NCBI GenBank assembly: GCA_039028615.1
Contig: JBCCHT010000014.1
Coordinates: 32,001 to 96,000, forward strand
Source of the DNA: Myxococcota bacterium
Lineage (GTDB): Bacteria; Myxococcota_A; Polyangia; Nannocystales; Nannocystaceae
DNA length: 64,000 bases
Direction of reading: 5' to 3'
The position numbers and the translations under genes were made by a program. Below the pieces are notes generated by a model that searched no databases, was not told the origin of the DNA, and saw only the letters and a program-made list of their open reading frames with translations. This document shows, piece after piece, positions 60,501 to 64,000 of the stretch (within the stretch, counting starts at the first letter, position 1; every line of letters begins with the position of its first letter).

Positions 60501-62209
60501 GCGAGGTTGTCGGGCTGGATCGCCAGCGTGCGCTCGAGGGCCTTGAGCGCGCGCTCGGGCTGACCCAGGCGGTTTTGGCACAAGGCCGCTACGCGACGGT
60601 ACAGGGCCACGCGGGCCTCGGTGTCGGCGATGCGATCGGCGGCGCTGTGCAGCACCTCGACCACGTCGGACAGTCGCCCTTGCGACTCGTACAGCGCGGT
60701 CAGCTCGTCCCAGCGCTCGGAGGCCACGTAGGCGTCGCGCAGGCGGCGGGTGGCCTTGTCGTGGCCGGGCGACAGGCGCAGCAGCTCGGCCCAGGCCTTG
60801 GTCGCGTCCTCGCGGTTTTGCAGGCGGTCGGAGTAGAGGTGACCGAGGTGCGCCAGGATGCGGATCGCGAAGTCGCGATCGACGTGGGCCAGCCGACGAT
60901 GCAGGATCTCGGCCGCGCTCGCCCACCGAGACTCGCGCTCGTACAGGCGCGACAGCGCATCGAGAGCGCTGGGCTCGTCGCCGTGGTGCATCAGCACCTC
61001 GTTCCAGGCCGCGATCGCCTCGCTGCGATCGCCGAGTCGGTCCTCGGCCAGCTTGGCCAGCTCGATGCGCAGCGCCAGCGCCTCTTCGCCGCTGCGCTCG
61101 GTCAGCTCCTCGCGACGCAGCTTGATGAGCGCCCGCCAGTCGCGGCGTTGCTCGTGGATCCGAGCCAGCAATGCGCGCGCGCCCTGGTCCCCGGGGGACA
61201 GCTCGAGCACGGTGCCCAGCGGCTCGAGGGCGCGCTGGGGGTTGCCCAGCTTCTCGAGCCAAATCTCGGCCACCTTGAGCAGCAGGTCTCGCTGCCGCTC
61301 GACGTCCTCGGCCTCCTTGGCGGCGTCGATGCGCCGCGAGTACACGCCCAGAAGGTCGTTGAAGCGCCCCGCCGACGCGTAGGTGTCGGCCAGCGCCTGC
61401 AGGCTCTGCTCGTGCCGCGGATCGATGTCGAGGATCCGCTGCAGCGTGGCCAGGGCCATGGTGTCGAGCTTGAGGCGCTCGCGGTACAGGCTGGCGATCT
61501 CCAGCAGCTTCTCGATGCGCGCGTCGTTGGCCTCGTCACCCCCGGCCACTCGATCGAGCTCTTCTTTGAGCAGGTCCACCAGGGCGGTCCACTTGCCCCC
61601 CGCCCGGTACAGGCGCTCCAGCGCCTCGGAGGCCCGCGCGTCGTAGCCGTCCTCGCGCATGACCGAGCGCCACACCTCGATGGCTCGGTCCGCGTTGCCC
61701 AGCCGGTCCTCGGCCAGCGCGGCTCGCTCGCTGGCCAGCGCGAAGCGCTGCTCGGGATCGGTGACCTTGCGCTGCGCCTGCATCAACACCTGCATCAGCT
61801 GGGTCGCCGATGCATCGTCGGAGAACAGCGCGCGATAAAACGCCAGGACCTCGGAGTGACCGGGCTGAGCCCGACGCACCCGACGGAAGTAGGGCTCGGC
61901 CTTCTTGGGGTCGTCGGTCCGCCGCCAGATCACCGCCCCGGCCAGCAGCGCGACCTCGTTGCCCGCGGCATCCCGCGGGGCGCGTTGCGCCAAGGACTTG
62001 GCCGCGTCGACTAGGTCGGCCTGGGGAGCATCGTCGGCGATGAGTCGCCCGAGGACCTTGGCGGTCGCTTCGACGGACGCGGGATCGTTCTTGGCTTCGA
62101 TGCGAGCGGCGGGCAGCTCGATGCCGTCGAGCGCAGTAGCCAGCGCGTCACGGGTAGCGTCGTCGCCAGCGTTGAGGTGGTCGAACAGTGCGGTGCGGAG
62201 ATCGGACAT
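51545..62209 (-). CDS. Giant TPR/solenoid protein (3554 aa), AgmK/GltI-like
   Basis: Uninterrupted acidic helical repeats (A...L..LY....RW..L...L..R) with no signal peptide; the architecture is typical of myxobacterial gliding-associated TPR proteins. Confidence 0.85.
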   Translation of the reverse strand: MSDLRTALFDHLNAGDDATRDALATALDGIELPAARIEAKNDPASVEATAKVLGRLIADDAPQADLVDAAKSLAQRAPRDAAGNEVALLAGAVIWRRTDDPKKAEPYFRRVRRAQPGHSEVLAFYRALFSDDASATQLMQVLMQAQRKVTDPEQRFALASERAALAEDRLGNADRAIEVWRSVMREDGYDARASEALERLYRAGGKWTALVDLLKEELDRVAGGDEANDARIEKLLEIASLYRERLKLDTMALATLQRILDIDPRHEQSLQALADTYASAGRFNDLLGVYSRRIDAAKEAEDVERQRDLLLKVAEIWLEKLGNPQRALEPLGTVLELSPGDQGARALLARIHEQRRDWRALIKLRREELTERSGEEALALRIELAKLAEDRLGDRSEAIAAWNEVLMHHGDEPSALDALSRLYERESRWASAAEILHRRLAHVDRDFAIRILAHLGHLYSDRLQNREDATKAWAELLRLSPGHDKATRRLRDAYVASERWDELTALYESQGRLSDVVEVLHSAADRIADTEARVALYRRVAALCQNRLGQPERALKALERTLAIQPDNLAVARELLPIYREQKNWARLMNTYQVLLKAADSDEERLELISAMQTVAEENLGSPTLALHWAAEAYRIRAQDEALRGALETAAEKADGWDELVSIFEERIADEGVGEQERLTLLGKLAVIARDKLYKPDDAQRYFRRIIDLDPTNASAMEALEKIYSGTRRWDDLSEVYRRRLDVTEDPEARLVTLRALASIQEQHLGDLDGATDTYRKILEHAEDDVASLDSLARIYRNRGHWSELAEILERQLAMAETDTARVPLMFELAQIRAVRLQQSQPAVDGFLAVMEIESNHRDSVQALEDLRQSDPSVSLPVSKGLLPYYRRVEDRVREAEAMEVIIAAEEDAEARTQLLEQLASIYERMSDRRPDSLRIRVELFLADPGQWQGRQTLQRLGGELERMTDVSEAYESALRTMAEQAEKAEAEGQTLPREQAGLRRDLLLEHAGMLRDSLARPEDAERAYAFVLEQDETHQGAYEALEALLRGREASSELVSLYRRRVDVTFNQREQKELLSRMTQISRDVLEDRSAAIATAEELLDLIPDDLPTIELLAEMYGEGDEPGDRENLEEILGRWAELTPDTSLRRQLMVRRAALRMQFLGDAFGAVDLLGQVLGEDPDDEQARRLLEELLDIAEVQLPACALLEPIYQRLGDHEGRIRILHARRAHAEEVGSVDEAVTHLIEISRLREQELGDPDTALASMREAFGMDVRRRDTREHVERLGLALERPADLVTIWREALATEHLDRAQRIDFTHRIALLLDEHIQDQEAARQAYGDLLDLDPPDAGLAHRAVEALCRLHLEAGDGVALIEAKRALLRFVDSPDEQVRIRLEIAEIQEELGDRVGAALTHSEVLDMEADNPRSLETLERLFLEEQEWERLCEVLEHRIGVTPDPRLRAPTWRQIGEIQRDHLEDAHRAIAAFQSVLDLKVGREDTAYALSSLVELNQGLERWPDVEEGLRRLTALADNDGHRVELLSRTAQVVGGPLGRGHDALELLKRVLDLAPRDEAAREAVDGYLEDDDTHERAIRILMPIYEGEENWPALLKLEELQARKQPSGRRRLQALLRVATTQEERIGDPERAFGVLCEAMAEAADQPELAEILDKVARLGADDDRAQALLEAYGQTVDHILDSDLQQRVLRAMGEVALQRLEQLPEARTAYERVLDLAPGDPAATESLESIYLRQDDYDSLAQLLVSQADRSDEGDDRDNLLMRAAEIYRVSLERPEDAIRLYERLSSSALEQPEVQEVLEPLYEATGRYRELAGHLNRKLGRLEGREAVDIHLRLGRLYGEKLDDPEEGIRHLSTALRLDPDHAVGTEELGRYLEDTSMRTRVAEMLEPVFAAVADWNRLIQIQEIRLEDAEGEHERVRLLLRIAQIEEEQLEDLDKAFESYGRLFKEQPHERRVRDQLARLAGVLSRVDRYADALTEYVSGDGAGDDSEEMLEIVREAAELWSGSLRQPERAVPLLQRLLEARPDDQSIFPALESSLTQAEMWKELGVAYWREVDNAMQESRQIDLLRKLATLSQEMLDDANEAGRAYQRILEIQPEHDLSRNRLEQIYEETQRWPELIELLRDRLDRTEDAVNRNSIHSQIADVQDQFIDDPDAAVDTLEAMLGELVDDPEAVLRLERIAEMRRGLRPRILSILRPIYERQGNVRRIVEIDEWQLSHADDPVVRHELYREMAALLLRSQDTQEAAFRALCRALSEPGPEEALATLDAEVGRVAEVLGLGIALADALVSAAQGDALSNDIDRRLALLVRAAGILHDATELGSAVEILHGALELSSEHEPALELLDTCLQQLGFHEELREVLVIRARVANEDEQRVELLRRLAVLLEDVLARAEDAEQGWRDLLDIEPNDREALQRLAQAYANRDAIHELIEILRRQVDASEDEQERRDLRMRLAGLQRDSRQDRASEIDVLRELLMEAEGDGEALAALSDALVAEERHAEATDVLAERAELAQDPDPKAELVLSAARILAGPLDDVPSALERYEEVLQIVQGQSGALEDLVALAKTEDHFESAGTLVMTPLEAVGRFSELAEVLAARASLTSDPVDQAESLRRLASVRLEQLGDVAGSLESQRALIDVVEPNELSPVLDQAGQLAVQLGTAGEHVDDLAGRAAQADRDPEARVMLASNAAKLAEDVQGDAGRALGLLTPLVEEGLATMEICSEVERLGRIVQNNEAIEHALREAVRLSEDDQERAGLMARHGEAQLVLGDHSGALESYRDAFEQGAGAVAITGLESVLAQTEGPAPDALLDALDGVYQSTEDLAGQARVVQHRLAQADDGDRLGLLEQLGGLFDAGGGTPQQALETWGALLAVDPESATGLGRVIALGKEHGALPQAVELMLAAIAAGQEEGRTTGPLALQTATLLLRELGDGARALTVLDGVLEDNAEQPEALELRVEAARAHGDAQILHDALTQNANVQPNPDAAAALWYEAAQVAEVSLVETALAIEDLEQVIGQDEAHADGWNKLLSLLGASGDNEKLAEALSRRVMIAEDADERRDLRYRLANVLVDALDRADDAIVTYQDMVNDKPDDLPALRELEALLRRLERWDDVRDTLERRYDAAEGEDRVAVLLDLAEVAETRLEDPGEAIERLQAVLMEQPGHSGAEEGLDRLLTAEERFVDLSELLQSRMDRARDAGDAESYRQIASRLAALLAERLDDSERAESILQQLLEVDPGYVPALLSLASVYDARGDDDGMRETLEKAAALDPQGEEGAALQLRLAALSEDDDARRREHLERALALDPGSTPAIDGLMKLSRAEERWDQVAELLQRQAAAEQDDGARRALELERVDLLMGKLGDTDTALHVLHEMYEKVQDDVELNRRIADGLFQAELYGDAKGMYAWLIEVVRAGKRSKILGHYLTRMARIALSEGDNDGAREQLMEAYRIDTTNVETLMALGGLHEQQENWKDALKIYRTMLLQNADRSGLLRRGDIYVNLARAHLSLDETPKARAMLRRGLEEDADHPELAAQLEQLG

Positions 62210-62432
62210 GTCGAGTCTCGAGCGAGCAGTGTGGGAGCGTCGGTCGGCGGGGTGAGGTGAACCGGGGAACCCCTCGCCGAGGGCAAGGAGGACGAAAAAA
62301 AGCGAAGGGCGCGAGCGCGGGCGCGCGACGATCTCGAAGCCGTGGTGATTCCCAGTGCGAAGGCCGGGAGGCGCCTCCTCGGGAAGAGGAGGGAGATCGT
62401 GGCCGCAAGGTTACGTTGGTGCCAAGGCCGGT

Positions 62433-63287
62433 TCAATCGGCCTGGACCACCGTCTCCTGCTGGCCGTCCGCGCCCTCTGTCGGGGCCTCGGACTGCAACA
62501 GCACGAGGGCGGCCGCGGTCGCGGCCGACACGTTGAGGGACGCGACCCCGCCCCGCCCCGGAATCGTCGCGAGGAGGTCACAGCGGGCCCGGGTCAGCCG
62601 ACGCAGGCCCCCGTGCTCGCCCCCCATCACCAGGACCAGCGGAAAGGGAACCCGATCGGTAGCCAGCAAGCTCGGCAGGGGCTCACCGCCGTCGACCACC
62701 GTGCCCAGCACCCACAGGCCCTGGTCCTGGCCGTACTCGAGCGCACGGGCCAAATTCACCACTCGACACAGGGGTAATCGCTCACTGGCGCCGGCCGAAG
62801 CCCGCACCACGGCCGGGGTGACCCCCGCGGCGCGGTCGCGCGGCCACAGCAGACCGCTGACCCCGAAGAACTCGCAGCTTCGCATGATCGCGCCGAGGTT
62901 CTGAGGGTCCTGCACCCCATCGAGCGCGACCAGGATGCGCCGATTCGATTCCGGGGGGGCGCCCACCACCGCGTCCACTAGGTCCTCGAACTCGTGCCAG
63001 CGCGGTGGGGTCGCGCGAGCGAGGACCCCTTGGCAGTCGTAATCGGGCGCCAGGCGACCCAGCTCGGGACCGGTCACCCACTGCACCTCCACCCCCGCGT
63101 CGACCGCGATGGAGTGGATTTCGTGGCCCTCGCGACGACGGTCGAGCCAGAGGGTCTCGATGCGGCCGGTGGCATGCCGAAGCAGCTCCACCACCGCCCG
63201 GGGTCCCGGGACCAAGTGAGGCCCGTCGACGGACGCTTTGCGCCCCCTGCCCTTGCCGCTACTGCGCTTGTTGTTGCGTTTGGACAA
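62433..63287 (-). CDS. rlmB: TrmH/SpoU-family RNA 2'-O-methyltransferase (RlmB-like)
   Basis: LDGVQDPQNLGAIMRS, VRASAGA, LVMGGEHGGL and SLNVSAATA; probable TTG start at 63287. Confidence 0.85.
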   Translation of the reverse strand: MSKRNNKRSSGKGRGRKASVDGPHLVPGPRAVVELLRHATGRIETLWLDRRREGHEIHSIAVDAGVEVQWVTGPELGRLAPDYDCQGVLARATPPRWHEFEDLVDAVVGAPPESNRRILVALDGVQDPQNLGAIMRSCEFFGVSGLLWPRDRAAGVTPAVVRASAGASERLPLCRVVNLARALEYGQDQGLWVLGTVVDGGEPLPSLLATDRVPFPLVLVMGGEHGGLRRLTRARCDLLATIPGRGGVASLNVSAATAAALVLLQSEAPTEGADGQQETVVQAD

Positions 63288-64000
63288 CCAGGCGTCCTTC
63301 CTCGACGCGGGTGAGCGTGGCCTGCCCGGCTCCGACCCCGGCAAAGCCGGTGATCGCCTGGGACAGCGCGTAGTAGACGAGCAGCGCCTGATCGCCGGGG
63401 GGCTCGCCCTGCAGCCGGGTATAGGCGACCTCGAAATCGGACAGATGGGGGCCACGCGCGGCCGCAGGCACCACCCAGACCCCTTCCATGACGTCGCGCG
63501 CCCGCAGCAGCGGCCCGGGATCCACCCCCTCGGCGGTGGCCAGGACCATCAAGCCGGGCACGTCGGCACGGGCCGGAATCCGGCCGGCGCGAGCGAGCTG
63601 CCGCACCACCAGATCCGTCCGCGTGAGCGTGTCGGGGATCAACACCGCGGCATCGCCCTGCAGCGCGGTCATGACCGGATTGACGTGCGGACCGAAGCTC
63701 GTGGTGTTGGGCGGATACGTGCGAACCACCAAGTCCTTGGGGAACAACCCGGTGGCGTGGGCCTGCACCGCCTTGACCGCGCGGCGTCCGTAGCCGCTGT
63801 CGGGGGCGAGCACCACCAGTCGATCGCGCCTCTCGGACCGCGCCAGCTCGATCAGCGCCTCGACGCGGCGCTCGAGACTCGGGGCAACCCCGAGGGCATG
63901 GCCGCGCGTCTCTCCGGGCACGATGAGGGTGGCGTCCTGGTCGATGTCGGCCGCGACCGCCTTGACGCTCTTGGCTCCGATGGGGCCCACCAGCACTCGG
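63259..64000 (-). CDS. LppC-like / periplasmic binding fold protein, 5' end outside the window
   Basis: LVGPIG...VVLAPDSGYGRRAV...YPPNTTSF...AVLIPD pattern of type I periplasmic binding folds. Confidence 0.65.
   Translation of the reverse strand, partial: RVLVGPIGAKSVKAVAADIDQDATLIVPGETRGHALGVAPSLERRVEALIELARSERRDRLVVLAPDSGYGRRAVKAVQAHATGLFPKDLVVRTYPPNTTSFGPHVNPVMTALQGDAAVLIPDTLTRTDLVVRQLARAGRIPARADVPGLMVLATAEGVDPGPLLRARDVMEGVWVVPAAARGPHLSDFEVAYTRLQGEPPGDQALLVYYALSQAITGFAGVGAGQATLTRVEEGRLVVQTQQQAQ

Noticed and set aside
52274..62014. Very long + strand ORFs (1514 aa and 1625 aa), and similar ones at 1513, 12784 and 42147
   Set aside because: They are antisense shadows of real minus-strand genes caused by high-GC codon bias and show no recognisable motifs.
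62404..62426. Sigma54 promoter upstream of the giant TPR gene
   Set aside because: TGGCAC and TTGC are 10 bp apart instead of 5.

Overview
This is high-GC DNA whose gene content points to a myxobacterium, probably Nannocystaceae-like (inferred from the Cys-rich lipoproteins, giant TPR protein, Ser/Thr kinase-ECF pair and FHA-EBP). From left to right the window holds: (1) an orphan T6SS tip cluster of vgrG, a helical protein, a PAAR-RHS whose C-terminal toxin carries a zinc-deaminase HAE...CxxC motif, and a probable immunity gene; (2) a LysR unit and several lipoproteins; (3) a Ton/Tol motor operon with two TonB-like proteins, a TPR lipoprotein, ExbB and two ExbD, ending in a 1.3k-aa thrombospondin-repeat lipoprotein; (4) epmA and an efp gene interrupted by an in-frame TAG; (5) an Rrf2-cysK-ThiF-ubiquitin-like carrier-cysM-JAB sulfur cluster; (6) a DUF507 operon with two degenerate enzyme folds; (7) an ECF sigma / Ser-Thr kinase module that shares an exact promoter-like motif with an orphan S74 tail-fibre-like gene; (8) the DUF899/HTH/beta-propeller trio; (9) housekeeping genes (tRNA nucleotidyltransferase, polA, AI-2E transporter, lapB/lapA-like); (10) an FHA-AAA+ regulator lacking GAFTGA; (11) a roughly 300-bp inverted repeat pair with internal hairpins; (12) a 3554-aa TPR protein, an rlmB-like methyltransferase and a partial LppC-like gene. 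I saw no rRNA, tRNA, CRISPR array or transposase. All family calls come from motif recognition by eye, not database searches.
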